A stretch of DNA of 64,000 nt from an uncultured Gemmataceae bacterium (GCA_963750165.1 CAVVPN010000001.1:128001-192000), one strand, 5' to 3'. Positions 32,746-43,500 are shown, numbered from the stretch's first letter. A program made the numbers and translations. Notes: generated from the sequence alone by a model not told the origin.

Positions 32746-32870
32746 CGGCTTGCGGTTGGGTGTAGCGGAAGTCGCCAGACTTCCGTCCGGTGCTGCTCGG
32801 AAGTCTGGCGACTTCCGCTACACCCATTCGCAATCTGCAATAAGCCGCCAGCGGCAGACAAGAAGCAAGG
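32746..32870. repeat. Nested REP palindromes
   Basis: GGGTGTAGCGGAAGTCGCCAGACTTCCG...CGGAAGTCTGGCGACTTCCGCTACACCC followed by AAGCCGCCAGCGGCAGACAAG. Confidence 0.75.
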
Positions 32871-33013
32871 AGCGCCTCCGAGCCGCGCACGGAGTAAGTG
32901 ACTCGCGGAGTAAGTGACTCGGGCGAAGCGTCTTTGTTTCCGAACGCACTTGGCGGACTGCACCCCGTCCAGCGCTGGAAGACAACCCTTACCGCTCCGA
33001 AGGACAGGACCGC

Positions 33014-33763
33014 ATGGACTGGGACGCCGCCCTGTACGACGACAAGCACGCCTTCGTCTGGCGGCACGGCGCCTCGCTGGTCGAACTGCTGGCGCCGCAA
33101 CCCGGCGAGCGCATCCTGGACCTGGGCTGCGGCACCGGCCACCTGACCGCCGCGCTCGCCGCCGCCGGGGCCGCGGTTGTCGGCCTCGACCACTCCGCCG
33201 ACATGCTCGCCCAGGCCCGCGCCGCCCACCCGCACCTGCATTTCGTCCAGGGCGACGCCCGCGACTTCGCCCTCGACACCCCCTTTGACGCCGTGTTTTC
33301 CAACGCCGCGCTGCACTGGGTCCGTCCCCCGGACGCCGTGGTCCGCTGCGTCCACAACGCCCTGAAACCGGGCGGCCGTTTCGTCGCAGAGTTCGGCGGC
33401 CGCGGCAACGTGCGCGGCATCAGCGCCGCCATGCTCACCGCGGCGAAGCAGCTCGGGGTGCCGGCGCAGCTGCCGTCGTGGTACTTCCCCACCGTCGGTG
33501 AGTACGCGGCGCTGCTGGAGGCATTCGGGCTGGAGGTGCGTTTCGCGACGCTGTTCGACCGGCCGACGCCGCTGGTCGGCCCCGATGGGTTGCGCGATTG
33601 GGTGGCGCAGTTCGGCTGCGTCGCGCTGGAGGCGGTGCCGGCGAAGCGGCGCGCGGACTTCTTGACGGCAGTGGAAGTGGCGGCCCGTGCCGCGCTGTGC
33701 CGCGACGGGGCCTGGGTGGCGGACTACCGCCGGCTGCGCGTCGTGGCGGTGCGGCTGGCGTGA
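33014..33763 (+). CDS. Class I SAM-dependent methyltransferase (Tam-like)
   Basis: ILDLGCGTG, FDAVFSNAALHW, LKPGG, ADYRRLR. Confidence 0.9.
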   Translation: MDWDAALYDDKHAFVWRHGASLVELLAPQPGERILDLGCGTGHLTAALAAAGAAVVGLDHSADMLAQARAAHPHLHFVQGDARDFALDTPFDAVFSNAALHWVRPPDAVVRCVHNALKPGGRFVAEFGGRGNVRGISAAMLTAAKQLGVPAQLPSWYFPTVGEYAALLEAFGLEVRFATLFDRPTPLVGPDGLRDWVAQFGCVALEAVPAKRRADFLTAVEVAARAALCRDGAWVADYRRLRVVAVRLA

Positions 33764-33768
33764 GCGCG

Positions 33769-34134
33769 TCAGATGCCGAGGTTGGACAGCGTGTCCAGCA
33801 ACCGATGGGCCAGGCCCGCGGTGAACGGCGCCTGGGCCTCGACCGCCGCCACTGCTCGCTGCAACCGCTCGCGCACCGCCCCCAGCTGGCCCGGCTCGTG
33901 CTGCTGGTGCAGCGACTCCGCCAGGTGCGCCGTGGCCTCGGTCAGGTGCGACAGCTCGCCCGGCGGCAGCTGGCCAGACTGCAGCGTCTTGCCCAGCTCG
34001 TCCACCAGTTCCGCGAGGTGCTGCCGGGCGCCCGGGTCAATGGTCTGCGACTCGCGCAGCAGCCGGGCGACGCCGTGCAGCCGATCCTGGAGTTCCGCCA
34101 TCGAGGGCGGCTGCGGCGTGGCGTGGTCGGACAT
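33769..34134 (-). CDS. DUF4404-like small helical protein
   Basis: C-terminal AVEAQAPFTAGLAHRLLDTLSNLGI. Confidence 0.65.
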   Translation of the reverse strand: MSDHATPQPPSMAELQDRLHGVARLLRESQTIDPGARQHLAELVDELGKTLQSGQLPPGELSHLTEATAHLAESLHQQHEPGQLGAVRERLQRAVAAVEAQAPFTAGLAHRLLDTLSNLGI

Positions 34135-34451
34135 GGTCGTTCCTCCGCGGGCAAGGGTGGTGCTGGGTTGCAGTGATTCTATCCAAATCATTCACCACGG
34201 AGAACGCGGAGCGCGCGGAGAAGTGATCCACAGATGGCACAGATGAACCCAGATAAAGACAAATCAATTTTCCCTGCTTCCGGGCTTCGACCCGAAAAAA
34301 TCTCCCCACCGATTGCCTCTGGTTTTAAGGTAGAATATGCTCGACTTTTCAGGAGCGGACATACGCCGACAGGGCCCGCGGTCGAGGCGGCCGCCGCCCG
34401 GCGCTTTCCCCAGAAGATTTGGCCGGTTGACTTTCCCTGCCGGAGGCGGTC

Positions 34452-36127
34452 GTGAAATTGACGATCTCCCGAAAAGGCCTGATCCTGGTCAGCATTCCGT
34501 TGCTGTTCCAGCTGCTGTTCATTCTCCTGGTGGCGCGGATGCAGCAGCGCAACGCCGAGGCGCAGCAGTTATCGGCCCACTCCCAGGAGGTCATCGACCA
34601 GGTCCACACCATGCTGGCGGACCTGCTGGCGGCCGAGAGCAGCCTGCACGGCTACCTGCTGACGGGCAAGCGGCACTTCTACCAGGAGTACCGCGGCGCC
34701 GCCGGCGCTGTGCCCGACCAGACACAGCGCCTGGCGGCGCTGGTGGAGGACAACCCCGATCAGCATGCATTGGCGGCGCAGATCCGGGCACAGGCAGCGC
34801 GGCTGCTGAAGTGGTTCGAGGGCTCGGCGGCCCTGGTCCCGGGCATGGGCCCCAAAACCATCAAGGCACGCGTCAACGACCCGGCCGGCCGGGCGCTGCT
34901 GGAGGGGCTGCGGGCAGACACGGCGCGCTTCCTGGCCGCGGAGGAGCGGCTGGAGCACCAGCGGGCCCTGGACCTGGAGGAGACGCGCGGCCAGTTGTAC
35001 GCCGTGCTGCTGGCGGGCGGCCTGGCCCTTTGCCTGAGCGCCGCCGTGCTGGCCGGCATGTTCGCGCAGCATCACCCGCCGTGTCGCCGTCCTGACCGAC
35101 AACGCCCGCCGGCTGGCGCGGGGCGACCAGCTGGCCCCGCGCCTGGGCGCCGGCGACGAGCTGGATGACCTGGACCGCACCTTCCACGAGATGGCCGCGG
35201 CGCTGGCGGCGGCGCAGCAGCGCGAGCGCGAGCACCTCGACACCCTGGAGCGCCGCGTCGCCGAGCGCACCGCCGAATTGACCGAGGTCAACCGTCAGGT
35301 GCTGGAGAAGAACGCCGAGAACGAGATGTTCGTTTACAGCGTCTCGCACGACCTGCGTTCACCGCTGGTCAACCTGCAAGGCTTCAGCAAGGAACTGCTG
35401 CTGACCGCCGAGGATCTGCGTGCCCTGTTCGCCGACGAGGCCACGCCCGAGGCGATCCGGCGCCGCGGTCTGGAGCTGCTCGACGACGGCGTGGCGGAAT
35501 CGACGCACTTCATCCTGTCGGCGGTGCAGCGCCTGGGCCACATTATCGACGCGCTGTTGCGGCTGTCGCGGGCGGGGCGCGTGGACTATCAGTGGCAGTG
35601 GGTGGAGGTCGCCGACCTGGTGGGCCGCACCGTCGAGGCCATGACCAACACCATCGAGCAGCGCGGCGCCGCGGTGGCGATCGGGCCGCTGCCGCTGGCC
35701 TGGGGCGACCCGGGCGTCTGGAGCAGGTCTTCGCCAACCTGCTGGGCAACGCCCTGAACTACCTGGACCCGGCCCGGGCGGGGCGGATCGAGGTGGGCAG
35801 CGAGCCCACGGCGGCGCGGACGCCGGGGCAGCTGGTCTACTTCGTCCGCGACAACGGCCAGGGCATTCCGGAGGCCTACCAGGCCAAGATTTTCCAGGTG
35901 TTTCAGCGGCTGCACACGCACGCGGCGCCCGGCGAGGGCATGGGCCTGGCCATCGTCCGCCGCATTGTGGAGCGGCACCGCGGCGAGTTGTGGGTGGTGT
36001 CGCGCGAGGGGGAAGGCAGCACGTTTTACGTCGCTCTGCCGGGGGCGCCGCCGCCCTCGCTGATGATTAACCGGGAGGCCATCCGCGAGGCCCTGGCCGA
36101 GCGGGCCGCGAAAGGGGCGCGAAATGA
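34452..36127 (+). CDS. CHASE3-HAMP histidine kinase; frameshifts near 35070 and 35715, 3' end uncertain
   Basis: AESSLHGYLLTG CHASE3, YSVSHDLRSPL H-box, QVFANLLGNA, DNGQG, GEGMGLAI. Confidence 0.82.
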
Positions 36128-36573
36128 GCACGGAATCCGTGGTCGTGCTGCTGGCCGAGGACGACGACGGCCACGCCAGCCTGATCCGTCGCAACCTGCA
36201 GCGGGCCGGCTGCGCCAACACCGTGGTCCACGTCAAGGACGGCCAGGCGGCGCTGGACTACATCCACTGCACGGGGGACTACATCGGCCGGATGCCCGAC
36301 GGGCCGTTGCTGCTGTTGCTGGACATCAACATGCCGCGCGTTGACGGCGTCGAGGTGCTGCGGCGGCTCAAGGCGGACCCACGCACTGCCCTGGTGCCGG
36401 TCATCATGGTGACCACGACCGACGACCCGCGCGAGGTGCAGCGCTGCTACGACCTGGGTTGCAGCGTCTACGTCACCAAGCCGGTGGCCTATGACCAGTT
36501 CGTCGAGGCCATCAAGCGCCTCGGCCTGTTTTTGTCCATCGTCCAGGTGCCGCGCGAGGACCAGCGCGTGTAG
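36124..36573 (+). CDS. Response regulator (Rcp1-like)
   Basis: AEDD, LLDINMPRVDG, TTTDD, YVTKP. Confidence 0.9.
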   Translation: MSTESVVVLLAEDDDGHASLIRRNLQRAGCANTVVHVKDGQAALDYIHCTGDYIGRMPDGPLLLLLDINMPRVDGVEVLRRLKADPRTALVPVIMVTTTDDPREVQRCYDLGCSVYVTKPVAYDQFVEAIKRLGLFLSIVQVPREDQRV

Positions 36574-36581
36574 CCGCCTGC

Positions 36582-36637
36582 GTGGGGTAGACATTCCTGT
36601 CTGCCGGTCCCCTGGCAGACAGGAATGTCTGCCCCAC
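36582..36637. repeat. REP palindrome
   Basis: GTGGGGTAGACATTCCTGTCTGCC...GGCAGACAGGAATGTCTGCCCCAC. Confidence 0.8.
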
Positions 36638-36709
36638 GTCCGCCTCGGCCGGGTTATCATGAACGCATACATTCGAGGCGCCGCCGCCTCGGCCTGGGGA
36701 GAGAACGCC

Positions 36710-37825
36710 ATGACACCACCACCATCCGCCCGCAGGCACCGGGTACTACTCGTGGACGACGAGGCCAACATACGCCGCTTCTACCGCATCTTGCTGGAGG
36801 CTGACGGGCTGGTCTGTGAGGAGGTCGGCGACGGCCCGGCGGCACTGGCGGCGCTGGCGGCGCAGCCGTTCGACCTGGTCTTGCTGGATGTGGACCTGCC
36901 GGGACTGAGCGGCGCCGAGGTGTGCCGCCAACTGCGCGAACAGCCGCCGGGGCCCCATCTGAAAATCATCATGTGCTCGGGGCGGGCCGGCGGCGACGAA
37001 CTGGCGCAAATCCTGCTGGCCGGGGCCGACGACTTTTTGACCAAGCCGCCCAGCCTGATCCAGCTACGGGCGCGGGTCAAGGCGGCGCTGCGGCTCAAGG
37101 ACGCCCAGGAGCGCTCCGACCGCGTGGCCGGCCAGCTGCTGGCGGTCAACCGCGAGCTGGAGGAGGGCCTGAACGCCCGCGACAGCGACCTGGTCCACGC
37201 CCGCAACGCGCTGGTGCTGGCTCTGGCCACGCTGGTGACGCACCGCGACAACGAGACGGGGGAGCACCTGAAACGGCTGCAGGACTTCAGCCGGCTGCTG
37301 GCCGAGGCGGCGGCGACGCTGCCGGCCTTCGCGGGGCAAATCACGCCGGACTTCATCGAGATGCTGTCGTGCTGTGCGCCGCTGCACGACATCGGCAAGG
37401 TCGGTCTGCCGGATCACATTCTGCTCAAGCCGGGCAAGCTCAACGACGACGAGCGCGTGCTGATGCAGACGCACACGGTCATCGGCGCCAACACGCTGGA
37501 CGAGGTGGCGCAGCGGCACAACTTCGCGCTGGCGTTCCTGGAGATGGCGGCGGACATCGCCCGCCATCACCACGAGCGCTGGGATGGCACCGGCTACCCC
37601 GACGGCCTGGCGGGCACCGACATCCCACTGGCGGCGCGGGTCGTGGCCATCGCCGACGTGTACGACGCGCTGCGGTCGCGGCGTGTCTACAAACCGGCGC
37701 TGTCACACGCCGCCACGCTGCAGGTGATGCTTGAGAAGTGCCCGGGCCACTTCGACCCGACGCTGCTGCAGGTGTTTCAGCGCTGCGCCGACCGCTTCGA
37801 GGTGATCTTCCGCGAGCTGGAGTAG
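36710..37825 (+). CDS. REC-HD-GYP cyclic-di-GMP phosphodiesterase (RpfG-like)
   Basis: ETGEH, HDIGK, HHERWDGTGYPDGL, ADVYDAL. Confidence 0.93.
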   Translation: MTPPPSARRHRVLLVDDEANIRRFYRILLEADGLVCEEVGDGPAALAALAAQPFDLVLLDVDLPGLSGAEVCRQLREQPPGPHLKIIMCSGRAGGDELAQILLAGADDFLTKPPSLIQLRARVKAALRLKDAQERSDRVAGQLLAVNRELEEGLNARDSDLVHARNALVLALATLVTHRDNETGEHLKRLQDFSRLLAEAAATLPAFAGQITPDFIEMLSCCAPLHDIGKVGLPDHILLKPGKLNDDERVLMQTHTVIGANTLDEVAQRHNFALAFLEMAADIARHHHERWDGTGYPDGLAGTDIPLAARVVAIADVYDALRSRRVYKPALSHAATLQVMLEKCPGHFDPTLLQVFQRCADRFEVIFRELE

Positions 37826-37827
37826 CG

Positions 37828-37914
37828 TTTTTTCTGCCGCTGGCGGCTGGGCGCTCTGCATCCCTTCTGGCGTTAGAAGGATCGCAGAGCGCTCAGCCGC
37901 CAGCGGCAGAAAAA
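37828..37914. repeat. GCCGCCAGCGGC-family long hairpin (REP or terminator)
   Basis: TTTTTCTGCCGCTGGCGGCTG...CAGCCGCCAGCGGCAGAAAAA. Confidence 0.7.
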
Positions 37915-38000
37915 TCTGTATCAATTCGACCGTCTGCCGGTAATCATGGGTAGAGGCCGACCGACGGCGGTCTCGCCCCCAGTGTCAGGCGACCAGCCTC

Positions 38001-40351
38001 ATGTACCACGATCTGCGGCAACTGCACAGGGCCGTCCTCGCGCCGGCCGGAGGCGCCCTGTCGGACGGGCAACTGCTGGGCGCTTCCTCGAACAGCGCGA
38101 CGAGGAAGCGTTCGCGGCTCTGGTGCGCCGCCACGGTCCGATGGTCTGGGGCGTGTGCCGCCGCGTCCTGGGCCACGACCACGACGCCGACGACGCCTTC
38201 CAGGCGACGTTCCTGGTGCTGATTCGCAAGGCCGCGGTCATTCTGCCGCGCGAACTGGTCGCCGCCTGGCTGTACGGGGTGGCGCAACAGACCGCCCGCA
38301 AGGCCCGGCAGACGGTCGCCAAGCGCCGGCAGCGCGAACGGCCGGAGCCGCCCGAGGTGGCGGAGCCGGCGCCGCGGCCGGTGCCCGACTGGCAACCGCT
38401 GCTCGACCAGGAGGTGAGCCGGCTGGCGGAGAAATATCGGTTGCCGCTAATCCTCTGCGACCTGGAGGGCCGGACGCGCAAGGAGGCGGCGCAGCAGCTG
38501 GGCTGGCCGGAGGGCACCGTGGCGGGCCGGCTGGCGCGGGCGCGAGCGCTGCTGGCGCGGCGACTGGCCCGACACGGCGTCGCGCTGCCGGCAGCGGGGC
38601 TGACGGCGGTGCTGGCGCCGGCGGCGGTGATGTCGGCGACAGTCAAGGCCGCCAGCCTGGTGTCAACGGGCCAGGCGGCGGGGGTTTCGGCCAACGTCTT
38701 CGCCCTGACGGAAGGAGTGTTGAGCGCCATGATGCTGACCAAGATCAAGACGGCGGGTGTGCTGCTGACGGTGCTGGGGCTGGCGGCTTTCACCTGCGCC
38801 GTGCTGGTGGCGGGGCAGGCGGGCGAGCCTGTGCAGGGGCCGGAAAAGACTGCGGCTCCCGCATCGAAGCCGCAGGGCAACGCGCCTGCCGATCCGGGGC
38901 CAGGTCCAGGGAAGGTGCAGCCCAAACAGTCGAACACGGTCTATGGGTTGTCGGCCAAAATTGTGGTGAAGTCGAAGCTCCCGCTGGAGACGGACGAACT
39001 CCAGGCGGAACTGGTGCTGGCCAACGAGAGCGAGAAGCCACTGCGGTTGGGAATGTTGTACAACCATTCCGGCACGTACAAGTTCGGCCACGCCATCATC
39101 ACCTTCCGACCCGATGACAAGCAAACGGCGGAGCAAATCGCCAAGCACGTCATCACGCTGAAGCCGGGCGCGAGCGTGGCCCTGCCGATCAAGCTGAGCA
39201 AGTTGAGCAGCCCCAACGGCAAGGTCCGGGTCAGCGCGGCCTACCAGGTCAGCGAAGCATTCGGCAAGGAGCACAAGACCTGGGCCGGTTTCGTCCGGGC
39301 GGTCGTGGACGTCCAGCAAGCGAAGGGCGTACCGGACAAGGGCGGCGACAAGGGGAAGGACAAGGGCAACGCGCCGAAGCAGGTGAAACTGTCGCTGGCG
39401 ACGGAGGTCGAGCAGCGCGACGGCAGGCCGTTTGTCAAGGTGTATCTGGTCAACCCGAGCAACATTGCGCTGGAGGTGGTGGACTGGAACGAGCCGGCGC
39501 TCACCGTGGAAAAGCTGTGTACCGTCAAGGTGGACGGCCAGTCGGCTGAGTTGCTCGGTCGCGGGGCGTTTCTGATGCCGGGCCGCAAGGCGTCGAAAAG
39601 GACGCTGCCCGCCGAGAGTAAAACGCTGCTCGGCGTCGTCGCCTTCGACCCAAAAACGGCCGCCCAGTTCACGGGGTACACGCCGGTGGTGCGGCGGCTG
39701 GTGGCCACGGGCCCGAACACATACACCCTGCTGCCCCTGACGCCGGCCAAGCATTCCGTGGAGATTCAGGTCAACCGGTCGCTGATGACGCAATTCCCTG
39801 CGGAGGTGAGCCCGGCCACGGTGGAGGTGGACCTGCGCGACAAGCCGGTCAAGGTCGAGGCGGAGCCGAAGCCGGAGCAGGACGACAAAAGCAAGAAGCT
39901 GTCACTGGCGGCGGAGGTCGGGGCCTGGAAGGGCAAGCCGTACATCAAGGTGTATCTGGTGAACCCCAGCAACATCACGTTGCAGCTGGCGGGCCGCAAC
40001 CGGCTGCCCGCCCTCAACGTGGCGTGTGCCGTCAAGCTGGACGGCGCCGAGGCCGGCATTTACTCTCCCGAGGTCGTGGTGCTGAGACCGGGCCTGGTCA
40101 AGCAAGCGTTGCCGGCCGAGAGCAAGACGCTGCTGGGCACGTTCGTCTTCAGCCCCCTGAGCGACCAGCAATTCGCCGGGGCGATGGAGCTACGGGTGCG
40201 TGTACCCGCCCCCGGGCCGCCGGGGAGTTACGCCCTGCTGCGCCTGGCGCCGGGCAAGCACACCGTGGAGATTCGCCCCAGTTCCAACCCGACCGTCCAG
40301 TTTCCGGCGGAGGTGCGCCCCGTCACCGTGCAGGTGGACCTGCCGAAGTAA
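38001..40351 (+). CDS. ECF sigma-70 factor with TM helix and long C-terminal extension; frameshift near 38080
   Basis: SDGQLL..F...RDEEAFAALVRRHGPMV, DADDAFQATFLVL, EAAQQLGWPEGTVAGRLARAR. Confidence 0.88.
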
Positions 40352-40523
40352 AAGCGTTCGGAAAGCAGGAACCACGGATCACACGGATAAAACCAGGAGG
40401 GTTCGGAAGCAAAACCACGGAACACACGGAAAACACGGAAAAAGACAAAAGACCCTGTCTTTTTCCGTGTTTTCCGTGTGTTCCGTGGTTTTGCTTCCGA
40501 ACGTTTTAAGCCGCAAGCGGCAG
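40352..40523. repeat. Palindromic CACGGAANA nonamer-repeat element
   Basis: GTTCGGAAGCAAAACCACGGAACACACGGAAAACACGGAAAAAGAC mirrored by GTCTTTTTCCGTGTTTTCCGTGTGTTCCGTGGTTTTGCTTCCGAAC. Confidence 0.8.
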
Positions 40524-40602
40524 AATTCGTTGTTGGCCGGCGCCGCCGCTGTCGGTTCCTGTCTCGGGTGCTCCGCGAAGCGTTCGCCCCGGAGACTGAG
40601 AC

Positions 40603-41562
40603 ATGAAGATCGTGATCCCCGGCGGCAGCGGTCAGGTCGGCACCGTGCTGGCCCGCGCCTTCGCCGCCGACGGCCATGACGTGGTGGTGCTGAGCCGCAA
40701 CCCCACGTCGGCGCCCTGGCGGGTCGTCCGCTGGGACGCCGAGACGCCCGGCCCCTGGACGGCGGAACTCGACGGCGCCGACGTGGTCATCAACCTGGCC
40801 GGCCGCAGCGTCAACTGCCGCTATCACGCCCGCAACCGCCAGGCCATTCTGGAGTCGCGCGTGCGGTCCACGCGTGCCGTCGGCGCGGCCATCGCCGCGG
40901 CAGCGCGGCCGCCGCGAGTGTGGCTGCAGGCGAGCACCGCCACCATCTACGCCCACCGTTACGACATGGCCAACGACGAAACCACGGGCATCCTTGGCGG
41001 CGCGGAGCCGGGTGCTCCGGAAACCTGGCGGTTCAGCATCGCCGTCGCGAAGGCGTGGGAGGAGGCGACCGCGGCGGCCGTGGTGCCGCGGACGCGCAAG
41101 GTGCTGCTGCGCTCGGCGATGACCATGAGCCCGGATCGCGGCGGCGTCTTCGACGTGCTGCTGGGCCTGGTCCGCTGGAGCCTGGGCGGCACGAACGGCG
41201 ACGGCCGGCAGTACGTGTCGTGGATTCACGACCGCGACTTCATCCGCTCCGTGTACTGGTTGCTCGACCACGACCTGGCCGGGCCGGTCAACCTGGCGGC
41301 GCCGCAGCCGCTGCCGAACGCCGAGTTCATGCGGACGCTGCGGGCCGCCTGGGGCCGCCGCATCGGGCTGCCGGCGACGCGCTGGATGCTGGAACTGGGG
41401 GCGCTGGTGCTGCGAACCGAGACCGAGCTGGTGCTGAAAAGTCGGCGCGTGGTGCCGGGCCGGTTGCTGGCGTCGGGGTTTCAGTTCGAGTACCCTGGCT
41501 GGGCGGAGGCAGCGACGGACCTGTGCCGGCGCTGGCGGGAGCTGTGCGCGAAACGGCCGTGA
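40603..41562 (+). CDS. TIGR01777 family NAD-dependent epimerase/oxidoreductase
   Basis: GGSGQVG, VINLAG, SWIH..D, LKSRRVVPGRLLASGFQF. Confidence 0.9.
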   Translation: MKIVIPGGSGQVGTVLARAFAADGHDVVVLSRNPTSAPWRVVRWDAETPGPWTAELDGADVVINLAGRSVNCRYHARNRQAILESRVRSTRAVGAAIAAAARPPRVWLQASTATIYAHRYDMANDETTGILGGAEPGAPETWRFSIAVAKAWEEATAAAVVPRTRKVLLRSAMTMSPDRGGVFDVLLGLVRWSLGGTNGDGRQYVSWIHDRDFIRSVYWLLDHDLAGPVNLAAPQPLPNAEFMRTLRAAWGRRIGLPATRWMLELGALVLRTETELVLKSRRVVPGRLLASGFQFEYPGWAEAATDLCRRWRELCAKRP

Positions 41563-41623
41563 CTTCGGGCCGTGGTTTCAGCTAGAATGCGGCAGTCGCA
41601 CCCCGTTTCTGGGAGGCTTGCCA

Positions 41624-41790
41624 ATGGGCATCACCGTCGAAGCCGTGTACGAGAACGGCACCCTCAAGGCGGAACGCCCCTTGCCGCTTCAGGAGCACGA
41701 AAAAGTACGGGTGACCGTGGATCGCCACCCCAGTCTGGCCGAGCAATGCTACGGAATGTTACCAAGTAGGTTGGCAAAGCAGCAGGGCAA
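41624..41790 (+). pseudogene. AF2212/DUF104-like antitoxin, 3' truncated, no toxin partner
   Basis: MGITVEAVYENGTLKAERPLPLQEHEKVRVTV; ORF then runs into the tRNA. Confidence 0.65.
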
Positions 41791-41829
41791 GGACCCCGGT
41801 TTCGCCGTAAGTCCTTGCTCTGCTTTATA

Positions 41830-41914
41830 TGCCGGAGACAGGACTTGAACCTGCACGACCATTACAGTCACCAGGCCCTCAACCTGGCGCGTCTGCCAAT
41901 TCCGCCACTCCGGC
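41830..41914 (-). tRNA. tRNA-Leu(GAG)
   Basis: Reverse complement GCCGGAGTGGCGGAATTGGCAGACGCGCCAGGTTGAGGGCCTGGTGACTGTAATGGTCGTGCAGGTTCAAGTCCTGTCTCCGGCA; long variable arm, no encoded CCA. Confidence 0.95.
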
Positions 41915-42510
41915 TCGTATAGGTTTCGTGTTGCGTTTGCGTTGATGCCGCTTGAAGTTGCGGCGAATTCAGGAGCCACCTTTCTTGCTCTCGTGTTGGG
42001 GTCGCGTGTGGGTCGGTTGGCCAACAATCGCCAACTTTTCGCCAACCTTCCACACCCCGTTATTCTGGCGGCTCAGGGGCAGTCGTCAAGGGCAGATTCT
42101 CGGCGAGGACGTTCTGCTGAACGAAACTGCCGAACAACTCGCTGGCTTTCGCAGAGTTACGGGTGAGTTTCGACTTCGTCGGGGGCGAGGAGCTTTAACG
42201 GGCCGCCCCATGTCGAGATGGCTGAAGTGATTGGAGTGGGCAGTCGTGTGAGGATGGTACTCATGGGCGCCCACACGTCAAAAAGCACGAAAAACACGCT
42301 GTTTTCCGCACTCGGACGTTGTCATTTTATCAAGGATTCCGTGTAGTTCCAGGGATTCTGTGCAGAATTCTGTGCATGCCGGGCTCCTGGCGTTCGGACG
42401 CGCGGAGCCGGCGGACGAACCGTCCTGCGATTGACCCCCCGTGGCCGGGTCAGGATAATCGGTCTGTTGACGAAGACCGCCAAAGCCGCACGCAAGATGG
42501 GAGGGGTAGC

Positions 42511-42948
42511 GTGTCAACCGACCTTGGACAAAGGACCGAACAGCGACCCGCCTCGCGGGCTGACCTGGCCCGTCAGCTCCTGGCGCGGGTGGACCGGCTC
42601 GCGCCGCGTCTGAGTAACGTGTCGCTGGCCGCCGAGGTTCAACTGCTCAGGCGGGAACTCGCACGCAGCCACCCAGTCCTGTCGGCCCGGCCCGAAGACA
42701 ACAACTTCGTTTCCGTCGTCACCCTGGTCGAGGCGGCTCTGGCGTCCTTAACCTGGAAGGGCTACACGCCGGCGGTACTCGATGCCCTGCGGAAGGCTTT
42801 CTCCGCCGGCCTGCGCGAAGGAGAGTTTACCTTCGAGGAGTACGAGGCCATCCGCCGGCACTTCCAGGCGTCGGGAATCTTTACCGGCCCGACCACCGAC
42901 CTGTCCTCGCCCGACCTGGAAGAGGACGAGGATGGCCCGCAAGCGTAG
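42511..42948 (+). CDS. Hypothetical protein
   Basis: GTG start after GGAGGGG, 145 aa, acidic tail overlapping next start. Confidence 0.55.
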   Translation: MSTDLGQRTEQRPASRADLARQLLARVDRLAPRLSNVSLAAEVQLLRRELARSHPVLSARPEDNNFVSVVTLVEAALASLTWKGYTPAVLDALRKAFSAGLREGEFTFEEYEAIRRHFQASGIFTGPTTDLSSPDLEEDEDGPQA

Positions 42949-43015
42949 CACGGCCAGCCTCCTGCTCGATACGTCGGCTGTTTTCCACCAGCTGCACGGG
43001 CACACCCTTCAGCGA
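42932..43015 (+). pseudogene. 5' remnant of a PIN-like protein
   Basis: MARKRSTASLLLDTSAVF resembles the PIN beta1 hhDTS motif; coding character lost after ~28 codons. Confidence 0.45.
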
Positions 43016-43142
43016 CTGGATTCGTACGAGCGACCTCCTGAACCCCATTCAGGCGGTAGCAGGACTGGAAATCGCAAGAGCAAGGCATTTCACGGCTTAC
43101 AAATCGTACACTTCCCATATTTTATAGGAACTTGGCCCTGCG

Positions 43143-43192
43143 CAAGTCCAAATCGCACATTTTCCACGGAGTTTCCTGCCTTTTCCTGCCCT
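43143..43192 (+). repeat. 50-bp direct repeat, copy 1
   Basis: CAAGTCCAAATCGCACATTTTCCACGGAGTTTCCTGCCTTTTCCTGCCCT, identical to 53228-53277. Confidence 0.9.
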
Positions 43193-43291
43193 GCTATCCG
43201 CCTTCAGCCACCGTGAATCTGCGGAATCTGTTTCTCCTCGATCGACGTGACCGGAGCGCGCTATGGACATCAGCTGCTCTGAAAATCCCCT

Positions 43292-43500
43292 TCAGGCGGG
43301 TGCCGGTTCGAGGGTAACTCGATGTCCCAACTTCTCCAGGCGGTTGACCAGTTGGCGGGTCAGGAGTTCCGGTTCCAGCCGGTCCAGGAAGTCCGCACCC
43401 AGTTCCTCGTAGCTCGTGCCGCGCTTCGGCAGGTGGTAGACGATCATCAGCAACGAGTGCCCCAAGGCCACCAGCCCAGCGCCTTCTTGCGTCCGCGCCA
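43292..43500 (-). pseudogene. C-terminal remnant of IS110-family transposase
   Basis: VALGHSLLMIVYHL...YEELGADFLDR...LVNRLEKLGHRVTL. Confidence 0.75.

Noticed and set aside
40352..40523. CRISPR array (here or at other repeat clusters)
   Set aside because: Repeats are short-period or palindromic, with no unique equal-length spacers and no cas genes.
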